From: Lingula anatina
Lineage: Eukaryota > Animalia > Brachiopoda
Assembly: GCA_051362555.1 (NCBI GenBank)
Contig: CM120640.1
Coordinates: 1,984,001-2,048,000 of the forward strand
DNA: 64,000 nt
Reading direction: 5' to 3'
The notes under the pieces are model-generated. The model did no database searches and had not been told where the DNA came from. It worked only from the letters and a program-made list of their open reading frames with translations. Both the position numbers and the translations under genes were made by a program. Positions 45,714 through 58,439 of this stretch are shown here, piece by piece (the stretch's first letter is position 1; each line of letters starts with the position of its first letter).

Positions 45714-48700
45714 TCATCTTTTTCTTTTTTTGACAGTTGCCTCAGTATTTGACCAGCTGAAAAATTGAAATGCAATATTTCCAGATTATGTAAGAATGTG
45801 AATATATAAATATACAATCATTTTTAGCATTTGTTTAGTATTTACTTTTTAATCTGATACCTATTACTTCATTACATTTCATTTATTAATAATTTAACTT
45901 TGTTTTTTTTAAGAAGTTAATAACTTGGGAACAAGAACACTTGCTTGCTTTTGCTTGCATACCAAGAAAATTAGTTCTGCTAAGTTCTGTCTTGATAATA
46001 GCCTCGTCAGATAGAGAGGCAAGCCGAGATGCCTGTTGAAGCACACTGCAAAGAACCTGAAATATTCAAAGCAGAGTTTATGAATCCCTATTAAATATCT
46101 CTACAGACTGTTATATAAACAAAGGCAGATCCAGTTTTTCTTTCTGACAGTCTTGTAAATTATTTTTGTTGATGTATCCTCTATTTTTGACCGTCTTCCA
46201 ACAGAAAAAATAGATACCCGTCAGTGTAAACTTGAAAATCTGACCATCTTCCGGAAGACCCAAAAGATGGCCTCAATCCTCCCCTGATAAACCTCAGCAC
46301 ATCCTAGCTAAGCTGAAGATGATACTATAGTTTTTTCCAACCAATGAAATAACCGAGAACTGTAAAATTTTCTCGAGTTCTTGTCTGCATTAATTCCATG
46401 CAAAATGCATGTTGGATTACCTTTTTGTCGTTGAGCAAAGCCTTCTTCTTGGCCAACTTTCTTTTCAAAGCCAAAACCTCATTTCTTGTACGTGAATACC
46501 TGGTATGATAAAGTACATGAATTTAGTCTAAGATTTAAGTAAAAATTTGAGAAGACGGTTTAATTCATCAGTCTTGGATAAAATAACTCTCTAACAAACA
46601 AAATGTAACTTTATTTTTCTAGTTACTGTAGTAGAATACATTTCACACAAGAAAGAAGGGATTTCTGTGACACTTACCTTTCTGACAGAGAGGCTCCTTC
46701 AAAGTTTCCTCTTGAGTCTATCTCCAGTTCTGCAGGTAAATTATCAACATCTTTTATTCCCAAATGCTTGGCACTTGTCAAACTTATTTTACTGGCGGAC
46801 TTTGAGCGCAGTTGATCCAGTTTATAAAGAACCTGCCTCTGAGCAAAGCGGTGGAATTTTTTCTGTGCATTTTCATTTAAATGTCGATTCACTGGAAGAC
46901 AAATTCATGTTTCATTAGTCTAGGTGGGTCATTTGAAATAAAAATACTCATCTAAACAAGTTTTCTGAACCTAACTTAAGCAGATTAAAAAGCATCTTAT
47001 AATGGGGAAAAACTGCTACTGAAAAAAACATTAATTATATTATGGGTGGACAATTACTAAAACATTCCCACAATAAACTTTCAATACTCACATTTGTTGA
47101 AACCTGTCTGCACCACAACATTTTTCTTGTAATTCCGAGATTTGTTAAAAGAGGTTGAAGCTCCTGTGGCACAAAAAAATAAATACATCATTGTACAGAT
47201 GGTAAAGAAGGAAAGAGTAATATGAGGGACATTATCTACTATTTTGAATCAATTTCATAAGAAACTACACTGGTGTAAAATTAGAATTTGGAAGTTTTTT
47301 TTTCCTTTACGATACAGAAATGTAGATTTTACCAGCAGCGTTAAGGATCCCAATGGCTTCATTCAGCGTGAAAGGTGCAGATAAAAGATGAACATGTTGT
47401 CTTATAAAGTCATGGTCCTTCATGTGTGTAGAAACTGGAGCATCGGAATCTGAAAATAGCAAAGCATTAAAATAACACCAATTTGTATTTCTTTTCAATA
47501 TGATTAGATGAACTATTACAAAGTCAACTTTAAAAAAAAAAATACCACAATGTATTCCTCATAAAAAAATGCCTTGAATCTATTTCAAATTTAAAAGGAA
47601 ATTCCATTATCAGGAATTAAAAAAAATATATAGACCAGACTTCTTCAAGTTTGTATTTACCAGATATTTCACTTGCAGTTATTTTTTCATCTTCTGTCAC
47701 TTCTTTCTCTGTAGCCACTTCTCCACTTCCTCTCTTGTCCACTGACTGCGTAGACGTTTGCTGTCCCGTCCCCGACTCTCTCCTCTCCTGACCACCAGTT
47801 ACAGGACCATCCTCCTTCCTTCCTGAACTTTCCAAGCTTTTACCATGATCTGAATGTTCCCCAACACCTAGTTTTCTTTTCTTAGAAGATGAAACTTGCT
47901 CTTCTTCGTCTTCCTCCACATCCTCATCCCTAACATTTCCAGACCTCTGATTTTTTACAAGTGATCTCTCCCTTTTCTTCTTCCCAGCAGTTTTTGCACT
48001 TGTGTCTTTACGCACACTTCCAGATAATACTGGCTCTTGCTGGTAAACTCTTGTCACAGAGAACACAGACCTATTTGCAGTTGTTACTGCTGTATCAGTG
48101 CTCTTGGGAGTAGTTACATTTGAGTGGTTCTTTTCACTATCTGGTGTAGTGTCAGTTCTCTTAGATGTTGTGTTTTCAGAGGATCTTCTTTCCTCTGAAG
48201 TGACAGGTTCATCAGGCAGGGTTGGTTCACTAACATGACTGCCTGTGTCTGACTCTTCAGGAAAAAAAATTAATACAATATTAAAACCATTCTGTAAAGC
48301 AACAATGGTACAATGTAGCTTAGTCAAAATAATCCATGTATAACTTTTTAATTTTTAGATGTACTTTGACTGGACAACATACTAGTCAATACACATTTTT
48401 AATTGAGTAAAATCTTAACAGGGAACAATCAACTGAATCAACCTGCTCTCATAGGTTTCTTACCATCTTCACTTGCTTCTTTTTCAACCTGGTCTAAGTC
48501 TTCACCACCTTGTTCCTCCAGTGATGCTTCCTGGGGAGGCTCCTCTGTGACCTCCTTCGTCCTTGACCTAGTGACCTCCAGTGACGCATCCTGGGGATGC
48601 TCCTCTATGACCCCTTCTGTCCTTGACCTAGTGACTTCCAGTGACACATTCTGGGGAGGCTCCTCTGTGACATCCGCTGTCCTTGACCTTGTGACCTGGT

Positions 48701-49722
48701 GTGAGTTAGATGACCTTGAGGGTCTCCTAGAGACTTCCTCAGACTCTGCTCTTGCCATTTCCTGTGAGCCATCCTGCTCATCTTCTGATGAACTGGAAAT
48801 TACAGGTCTCTTGTCAGTCTTGTCTCTTGCTGATACTTTGCGGTGTCTTTGTACCACTTTTGCAGAGTCTGTCAAAGGTGGTGACGGTTTTTCTGATGAC
48901 TGTGTTGATGGAGTCCCTTGAGGAGTTTCCATCAATGACTCACCTCTCCCACTACTTACTGACTGTCGTAAGTCAGGTTGATGTCTGTCAGTCTCTTTTT
49001 CCCTATTTTCTTCCTCGTCATTATGTTCTGAATCATCTTCTGACTCAGATTCACTGGCATTTTTGCTTGTCTTTTTCACAGAGTGGCTAGCCTGTCTCTT
49101 TTCTTCCTTTTGTAATTCTTTTCTGGAAGTGTTTGTCTTTGAAGAACTTGGCCTTCTGCTTTGCATTGTATCAGTTTCCATAGGGCCGGTCTCTGGTGCT
49201 CCCCTAGTATCTGGGTCACTTTGCTCTTCATTACTTTCACTGGCCCTAGACCTTGTTGATAGTCTACGAGAGGTAGCCCTTGATTCTTTCTGGGCAGAGG
49301 CCTAATATATAAATGTATAGAAAAAAACATTTGTGGAAATGATGCACTATAAGGTCAAAAATAAATACAAATCATTCTTTTTCCTTTAAATAGTTTTTTA
49401 ATGAAAATACAAAGTTACCATATATAAAACAGCAGTAATTTGATAAAATGTTAATTCCATTATTTCTGATGTGAGTAACACAAGCATTAAAATATGAAAA
49501 TAAATTGGCCTCAAATACTTTTTTCCACCAGACACACTCATTTTCACCCTGAATCAATCCTTATTTCATGGTGCCAGTACTCACCCTATTTTTCCTGTTG
49601 TCTCCAGTATTTCCTTGGCTCTTTTTCCCAGTATTAGATCCAGTTGGTCGTCTTCCTCTTGTCCTTACATCTGGTGAGGACTCAGAGCCTCCTGTCTGCT
49701 GTCCCCTGGTGCCTTACAAAGA

Positions 49723-49765
<43 letters not shown>

Positions 49766-52700
49766 CATACTAGTATGCTCCTGTCGTCCCTCTGTTCCTT
49801 ACACAAATATAGATAAGTAATAAGTAAATACATTAAATATGCTTCTGTTGACCCTCTGTGCCTTACAAACATAAATTAATAAAGTAATATATGCTTCTTT
49901 TCTCCCTTTCTGCCTTAAAAATACAGATAAACAAAAAAATTAATAACATATGCACTAGAATTGACCACTGGTGAGTTCTTAACCTACACCATGTTAACAT
50001 AACTTATGCTTTCACTCAACCTGTCGAGATATTTTTTTCTTCAATATATTACACTTCACTTCCAGTTAAAACATACTCTCTGATACTAAAATCATGCTGA
50101 AAAATAATTCACAATTCTGTCACCAGACAAATGGACTGATTAATTCTCATGAAAATACAATTTCTATAAAACAGACATGAGCCTAGGCTTAAAAAAAAAC
50201 CCTCTGAACATTTATCATGGGACCCAACACCTAACCTTGACAAATCTAAGGAACCATCAGAACTGAATTAAAAAACGTGGAATTCTGCTTTTCTGCATGT
50301 CTAATACAAGAAACATTTTAAACTAAATTGTTGAAAACTGTGTCACCAAACATCAACTGATTCATTCTTGTTTAAATATGTAATTTCTATACATATTTAA
50401 CCTAAGTGAAGAAAGCCTGTTCTGGCGTAGCTTTAACACTCACCAATTTAGCCAAATCCTAAACAAAAACAAAAAAGTGGTTGATTTGACTTGTTTTAGT
50501 CAAATTAAAACCATTCTGAGAGAAAAAAGTGTTGAAAAAGTAGTGATTTAGCTAAGAGAAACAAGGCAGCAAAGCTGTCAAATGTACAGACAAAAAGCAG
50601 ACAATAACAATGCACAAAACAGGCTACTGTCAATTCTGATGCAAAAGTACATTATGCTTAACTGCAAATTCAACATCAAATTTTAATTATGCTCAACAGG
50701 TAATACCAATGTAAGTGAAATGTGTAACAAGCGTAAGGCTTCAGGCCCATGGGAGTTTAAGTTCACACTTTGAAAATGCCAGAATGAGAAAAATGAAAAT
50801 TTCACATAAAACTGCTTAAATTCAATAATAAATGATAACCCATTTGAGCTGGCTTTCTAATTTGAACTGCATGCCAATCCTACAAATCATACTTGTAAGT
50901 TGAAAATAATAATAAGTAACATAGTTTTCTTTTCATAATGTTTGTAGTAGCAGTGCAAAAAGATTTTTGTCAATTTTGATGTAACATTACATAATAAATT
51001 ACAGAATAATTATCACCAATTTTTGATTATTGACTATAAATAGCATGGACATGTAGAAAATTTGATTACCATTTGGCTTCATGTCCATGGGAGCTTCGAG
51101 TCCCACAATGAATATGCCAACATGATAAAAATGAATATTTCACTAAAATGTATAACTTCCAGAAAAAGAAGCCAATTAGACTGCTTTTCCAACTCAGGCT
51201 GCATTTTAGTCCTTTGTTTCTTTTTTGAAAGTTTGACAATCATAAGTAACATGGTTTTCCCATAATGGTCATCATGGCAGCAGCACCCAAAATTGTGTTT
51301 TCTTCTATTTTAATGCAATATTACATAATGCTTAACAGCATAATGACCATCAGTTTTTAATAATAAAAGATCCGTATCGTGGATTTTCAGAAAATGTGAT
51401 TAGCATGGGTCTTCAAGCTCGTGGAGGTTCTAAGTCACACCTTGAAAATGCCAATATGTGAAAAATTAAATTTTCACAAAAAACTGATTAACTGCCAAAA
51501 AAATTTACCAAATAGTCTGCATTGCCCAATGAAGCTTTATTTAAGTCCCATGTTTCTTCCTGTAAGTTTGAGAACAGTAAGTGACATGGTTTTCCTTAAA
51601 TGGTCATCATGGGAGCATTGTCCAAAATAGGGGTGTCTTCAAATTTTGATGCACTATTACATAATGTTTAACAGGATAATTACCATCAATTTTTAATAAT
51701 AAAATATTAGTATCATGGATATTCAGAAAATGTTCCTAGCAAAGGTCTTCAGGCCAAACGAACTTCAAAGTCACACCTTGAAAATGCCAAAATGTAGACA
51801 AGATAGCACTGTCCTGAAATGTGTTTTTTTCCATTTTTAACAATTTTTAACATATAACAAAATTAACAATTTACTGCCATTTATATATGATCAACTAAGA
51901 AAATTGATGAGATGGGAAAAATATCAATAGAACAGTGTTTAATGTCCAATTTCCTCCATTCTGAGTTTCTGAACATAGTCAATGAATGAATCTGACAAAC
52001 TGCAATGATATGAGTTTATTTCCATTTTTGAAACACTATTATACAATACATGATAACAAGTTTACCATCATTTTTACATAATCAACTAACAATGTTGTAA
52101 AGATGCAGGAAATGTCAAACAAACACTTTTACGAATCTTATTAGTTAAATAATGAGACTGTTAACATGCCTAAGAATTGAATCTGAGGAAATGTGAAAAA
52201 ACAGCATAACTTATTAAATAATGGCCCGATTATGCTGATTTTCGAACTTGACCTACGTTTTAGTAAGATTGATTACCACTGTGAGTTTCATGACAACAGG
52301 TCTATCGGTTTTCCTTGAAATGTGTTAACAGTGTTGCACATATGCTGAAAAGTGAAAAAAACAGCATAACTACTAAAATAGTGGCCCGATCATGCCGATT
52401 TTCGAACTTGACCTGCGTTTTAGTAAGATTGATTACCCCTATGAGTTTCATGACAACAGGTCTATCGGTTTTTATTGAAATGTGTTAACGATGTTGCATA
52501 TATGCTGAAAAGTGAAAAAAAAGCATAACTTCTACAATAATGGCCCGATCATGCTTATTTTCGAACTTGACCTGCATTTTATGAATACTCATCAGCTCTG
52601 TAAATATAAAGCCAAAAAGTAAAACTGTCTTCCACTTATGGTGTTAATGCTGAAAGTGCACGGCAACAGTGACGGCGACATGATCGACGACGGCGACGAC

Positions 52701-55700
52701 AAGCGCAGGTGATGGCAATATGTACATACATATCTGTGTCTGTACATAATAAATTATATGTATCATGGATTTTCAGAAAATGTGACTAGTATGGGTCTTC
52801 AAGCCCGTGGAGGTTCTTAGTCACACCTTGAAAATGCCAATATGTGAAAAATTAAATTTTCACAAAAAACTGATTAACTGCCAAAAAAATTTACCAAATA
52901 GTCTGTATTGCCCACTGAAGCTTTATTTAAGTCCCATGTTTCTTCCTGTAAGTTTGAGAACAGTAAGTGACATGGTTTTCCTTAAATGGTCATCATGAGA
53001 GCAGTGTCCAAAATAGGGGTGTCTTCAAATTTTGATGCACTATTACATAATGTTTAACAGGATAATTACCATCAATTTTTAACTAGAGGATCAGAGAGGC
53101 GATACCGCCTCCGAATATTGTACCACCAGCTGGAGCAAGCGCATTCGTATAGACCCCCACATATACAAAATAAGGAACACAGCCACCAGTCTTGTGCTTG
53201 CCAAGCTGTAAAAATTCAGTCAACAAGAATTTTCAAAATATGCAAAAAATATATATATAACTAAAAATGGTACAATCAAAGTTAAGTTCATCGTAAGGTA
53301 GGTCAAAGGTCAATTCCAAGGTCACAGTAAATTGCCAGTATATGTCTTCCTATTCAACTTCAATAGTAACTATGGGCCTATCTCTGCCAGGTTTGGAGTT
53401 AAAAGAAAAAGAAATTAGCAGAGTTCAGTTCATGATAATAAGTAGGTCAAAGGTCAATTTCAAGGTCACACTTAGATTGCCAGTATATGACTTCCTATTC
53501 ACGTTCAATAGTAACTATGGACCTATGGACCTATCTCTGCCAGTTTTGGAGATAAAGGAGAAGCAAAATATGCAAAGTTCAGTTCATGGTAAAAAGTAGG
53601 TCAAAGTCAATTTTAAGGTCACTTTTAGATTGCCAGTATATGACTTCCTATTCAACTTCAATAGAGACTATGGACCTATCTCTGCCAGTTTTGGAGATAA
53701 AAGGGAAGCAAAATTTGCAAAGTTCAGTTCATGGTGAAAAGTAGGTCAAAGGTCAATTTTAAGGTCACATTTAGATTGCCAGTATATGACTTCCTATTCA
53801 ACTTCAATAGTAACTATGGACCTATCTCTGCCAGTTTTGGAGATAAAAGGGAAGCAAAATTTGCAAAGTTCAATTCATGGTGAAAAGTAGGTCAAAGGTC
53901 AATTTTAAGGTCACATGTAGATTGCCAGTATATGACTTCCTATTCAACTTCAATAGTAACTATGGACCTATCTCTGCCAGTTTTGGAGATAAAAGGGAAG
54001 CAAAATTTGCAAAGTTCAGTTCATGGTGAAAAGTAGGTCAAAGGTCAATTTTAAGGTCACATTTAGATTGCCAGTATATGACTTCCTATTCAAGTTCAAT
54101 AGAAACTATGGACCTATCTCTGCCAGTTTTGGAGATAAAGGAGAAGCAAAATATGCAAAGTTCAGTTCATGGTGAAAAGTAGGTCAAAGGTCAATTTTAA
54201 GGTCACATTTAGATTGCCAGTATATGACTTCCTATTCAACTTCAATAGTAACTATGGACCTATCTCTGCCAGTTTTGGAGATATAAGGGACTAAATGTTA
54301 TAATTTTGGAGTTACCATAATGTGCCATAAATTTCCTACAGAAAAAATTAATTAAAATAAAGAAAAGGTCATTTTGGTCAAAATTCTTGAAATGGGAGGT
54401 GCTCTGAAGTTCCAGATGTTCAAATTTGATGAAATAATGTCATTTTTGACCACAAGTTGTCTGCTTTGCCAAGCCTTATGTTTTATTTTTCCGGAGTTCA
54501 AAATTTATTATCCATTACCGTACTGCACATTTTGCTTTCACCACCAATATGTACTTTTTGATACAGCGTAACTCGAAAACGGTATGGAATACAAAAAAAC
54601 GGAGACCACCCCCAGTGTTGGTCTTTACATGCTCTACAAAATGCAAAAAAGAATGGGTGTCTAGCAATAACGGTTCCCAAATTAGAGACAGTTTTAAGTT
54701 TCGATATCTTATGGCCGCTACTCCCTTGAAAATGCACCGATTGACCCCAAATTCACGGAGATGAAAGATGACCCGAAGGGTAACAATTTCCATTAATATT
54801 ATTAGTTAAGTCTGTGTGGTATCTGAATAAGGCCGCAAATAATTTTTTTTTTCGGCAAAAATTTTGTTTTTTTGAAAATTTTGGCCTGTTTGACCTTGAA
54901 ATAAAGGTCAAAGGTCAAATCCAAGGGCATATATGAAATCTACACATATGACTTTTGGAAAGCTGTCTGTAGAAATTTTTCCCATAATTCCTTCCGTAGG
55001 GGAGATAATTAGCATTTAATTTTGCCATTTTTGGACAAGGGTGCATTGCAATGAGTGCCACACCTAGACCCCAATACCGACAAAGCCCAAATTTTACGTG
55101 GAACGAGTTGAGATTATAGGTGACCTAAATCCAAGAGATGGGTATGGAGGCCCTTACCGTCTAGGAGGAGAAGCGGTAACGGTGACTTGGCGGCGGAGCC
55201 GCAGGAGCCGGCGGAGCCGCAGGAGCCGGCGGAGCCGCAGGAGCCGGCGGAACATACGGGTCGGGACTAAAACCATGTGTACCGCCAGCGCCTACGCTGG
55301 TGGTACAATAATAAAATATTAGTATCACGGATATTCAGAAAATGTTCCTAGCAAAGGTCTTCAGGCCAAAGGAACTTCAAAGTCACACCTTGAAAATGCC
55401 AAAATGTAGACAAGACAGCACTGTCCTGAAATGTGTTTTTTTCCATTTTTAACAATTTTTTAACATATAACAAAATTAACAATTTACTGCCATTTATATA
55501 TGATCAACTAAGAAAATTGATGAGATGGGAAAAATATCAATAGAACAGTGTTTAATGTCCAATTTCCTCCATTCTGAGTTTCTGAACATAGTCAATGAAT
55601 GAATCTGACAAACTGCAATGATATGAGTTTATTTCCATTTTTGAAACTCTATTATACAATACATGATAACAAGTTTACCATCATTTTTACATAATCAACT

Positions 55701-58272
55701 AACAATGTTGTAAAGATGCAGGAAATGTCAAACAAACACCTTTACCAATCTTATTAGTTAAATAATGAGACTGTTAACATGCCTAAGAATTGTATCTGAG
55801 GAAATGTTTAAAAACAGCATAACTTATAAAATAATGGCCCGATTGTGCTGATTTTCAAACTTGACCTGCATTTTAGTAAGATTAATTACTCCTGTGAGTT
55901 TCATGACAACAGGTCTATCGGTTTTCCTTGAAATGTGTTAACAGTGTTGCACATATGCTGAAAAGTGAAAAAAACAGCATAACTACTAAAATAGTGGCCC
56001 GATCATGCCGATTTTCGAACTTGATCTGCGTTTTAGTAAGATTAATTACTCCTGTGAGTTTCATGACAACAGGCCTATCGGTTTTCCTTGAAATGTGTTA
56101 ACAGTGTTGCATATATGCTAAAAAGTGAAAACACAGCATAAATACTACAATAATTGCCCAAACATGCTGATTTTCGAACTTGACCTGCGTTTTATGAATA
56201 TTCATCAGCTCTGTAAATATAAAGCCAAAAAGTAAAACTGTCTTCCACTTATCGTGTTAACGATGAAAGTGCACGGCGACGGCGACGGCGACATCGACGG
56301 CGACAGGGACGGCGACAGGGACGACAGACGCAGGTGATGGCAATATGTACAGACACATCTGTGTCTGTACATAAAAAATTGCTAGCACTACCCCAGCTGC
56401 TGTGCCTACCTCTCCTGCTGGCAGTTGCATGTGTGGCTGTTCTAGTGGGCACTGCTATACCTACCTCTCCTGCTGGCAGTAGTATGTGTGGCTGTTCTAG
56501 TGGGCACTGCTATACCTACCTCTCCTGCTGGCAGTAGTATGTGTGGCTGTTCTAGTGGGCACTGCTATACCTACCTCTCCTGCTGGCAGTAGTATGTGTG
56601 GCTGTTCTAGTGGGCACTGCTATACCTACCTCTCCTGCTGGCAGTAGTATGTGTGGCTGTTCTAGTGGGCACTGCTATACCTACCTCTCCTGCTGGCAGT
56701 AGTATGTGTGGCTGTTCTAGTGGGCACTGCTATACCTACCTCTCCTGCTGGTAGAAGTATGTGTGGCTGTTCTAGTGGGCACTGCTATACCTACCTCTCC
56801 TGCTGGTAGTAGTATGTGTGGCTGTTCTAGTGGGCACTGCTATACCTACCTCTCCTGCTGGTAGTAGTATGTGTGGCTGTTCTAGTGGGCACTGCTATAC
56901 CTACCTCTCCTGCTGGTAGTAGTATGTGTGGCTGTTCTAGTGGGCACTGCTATACCTACCTCTCCTGCTGGCAGTAGTATGTGTGGCTGTTCTAGTGGGC
57001 ACTGCTATACCTACCTCTCCTGCTGGTAGTAGTATGTGTGGCTGTTCTAGTGGGCACTGCTATACCTACATCTCCTGCTGGTAGTAGTATGTGTGGCTGT
57101 TCTAGTGGGCACTGCTATACCTACCTCTCCTGCTGGTAGTAGTATGTGTGGCTGTTCTAGTGGGCACTGCTATACCTACCTCTCCTGCTGGTAGTAGTAT
57201 GTGTGGCTGTTCTAGTGGGCACTGCTATACCTACCTCTCCTGCTGGTAGTAGTATATGTGACTGTTCTAGTGGGCACTGCTATACCTACCTCTCCTGCTG
57301 GTAGTAGTATATGTGACTGTTCTAGTGGGCACTGCTATACCTACCTCTCCTGCTGGTAGTAGTATGTGTTGCTGTTCTAGTGGGCACTGCTATACCTACC
57401 TCTCCTGCTGGTAGTAGTATGTGTGGCTGTTCTAGTGGGCACTGCTATAGAAAGTCTGGTACTCTCTGCTCTAGGTACCATGTGGGACACGTCTGACATC
57501 GCACTCTGATTTCATGGCACATTTAAGGAGGGAAAATATTTGATGATATTTATACTGGGTCCAATAGTATTAAATTTAACAAATACTAACGTTCTGTTAC
57601 TGTAATTGGAATACTGATATTTGCTGAACTAAATCATTGCCATTTTTTATAAGCACGTGCATTTTTAATCTACGTACATTTTCGTACAGTAATACTAGCT
57701 TCTGACTGTTAATTTACATGTATGGTACTGTATGAACAATTTCATTATGTACAACAGTAGCATCGAGAACACCTTAAAGCATATATTACCTCCAGTCTGC
57801 TCCTGTTGGTGGTGACATTACTGAGTCTGCTGCTGAGTCTGTTCCTGAGCCGTTCTGCCAAGGTCAGATTGAGGGACTCCTCCAACACGGGGCTCTCGCT
57901 GTAAGGCACAGCAAACTTTTTGGCTGGCGGCAGCGGGGCGCTGGACTCGTTCTCCTGACTACCTGAGCTCTCAGCTAATACATAATACAATGATTATCAA
58001 TACTTGGGTTAACTCAGCGTGATCTTATTTAACACTGACAAATATACACGTCTACAGTCTATTGTATAAAATACCCCGAATTGCCAAACTCAGAAACTGT
58101 CTGAGATATAAGTCACATCACCGTTAGCAACATGCAAGCCAATAGCACACGATACAAGCCCAAACACTACCTACGCTCTAAAGGTCAACACTTTCTTGCA
58201 ATTTTAATGACAGACTGCTACTATATATTTCTTACACTTCTTTGCTGGCGTTTGTTTCTTTCGTGTTTTCAT
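45714..58272 (-). CDS. Unidentified multi-exon protein: long S/E/R/K/T-rich disordered region with a helical/coiled-coil C-terminus
   Basis: Phase-consistent exons: 58272-58236 (MKTRKKQTPAKK), 57974-57790, 57505-57400, 49712-49585, 49301-48443, 48254-47661, 47449-47333, ~47162-47092, ~46892-46678, ~46499-46421, ~46056-45963 and ~45756-45714 (AGQILRQLSKKEKR*). No family recognised. Confidence 0.75.
49690..49930 (-). repeat. Degenerate tandem repeat (x4) of an intron end, acceptor and exon start
   Basis: The plus strand has CCCTGGTGCCTTAC (true junction 49712/49713), CCCTCTGTTCCTTAC, CCCTCTGTGCCTTAC and CCTTTCTGCCTTAA, each followed by an ATAA-rich stretch. Confidence 0.7.
50561..56374 (-). 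mobile_element. Compound HINE family-2 insertion: full copy (50561-52748) plus a partial tandem copy (52751-53082 and 55311-56374)
   Basis: Same termini as 29997-33720. The hairpin/microsatellite end occurs twice (52720-52748 and 56345-56372). Internal ~337-bp and ~160-bp repeats are present. Confidence 0.82.
53083..55310 (-). mobile_element. HINE family-1 element, 2.2-kb copy nested in the family-2 element
   Basis: Reverse complement of 6758-16449 with one spacer block and about seven 146-bp monomers. Ends are CTAGAGGATCAGAGAGGCG and GCTGGTGGTACAATA. Confidence 0.88.
56406..57449 (-). repeat. 55-bp minisatellite x19 made of an exon 3' end plus its 5' splice site
   Basis: CTACCTCTCCTGCTGG recurs every 55 bp from 56406 to 57396. 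The minus-strand unit ends CAGGAGAG|GTAGG. Confidence 0.95.
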
Positions 58273-58439
58273 TTTTGACAAAGTTGGTTCTTTCCCGCTT
58301 TTCTGGTGGTAAACTCAAACACGCGAGTAAACTCCCGAGAGGAATGCCTCTGCCGCGCGCACTTGTCGAGATGAACCCAAAACGAGGTCGTGTTCTCCAA
58401 GGCAGCCATATTTGTGTCAAAGAAAAGTCGGGCTTATGA

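Noticed and set aside
48403-49305. Plus-strand Ser-rich ORFs (172, 112 and 80 aa), and the antisense ORFs over the GPCRs and at 3989-4249
   Set aside because: Antisense shadows of real coding exons.
55098-55322. Protamine/SR-like ORF with RRSRRS repeats, and similar Arg-rich ORFs at 33589 and 56249
   Set aside because: These are translations of the HINE microsatellites (CCGGCTCCG)n and (CGGCGA)n.
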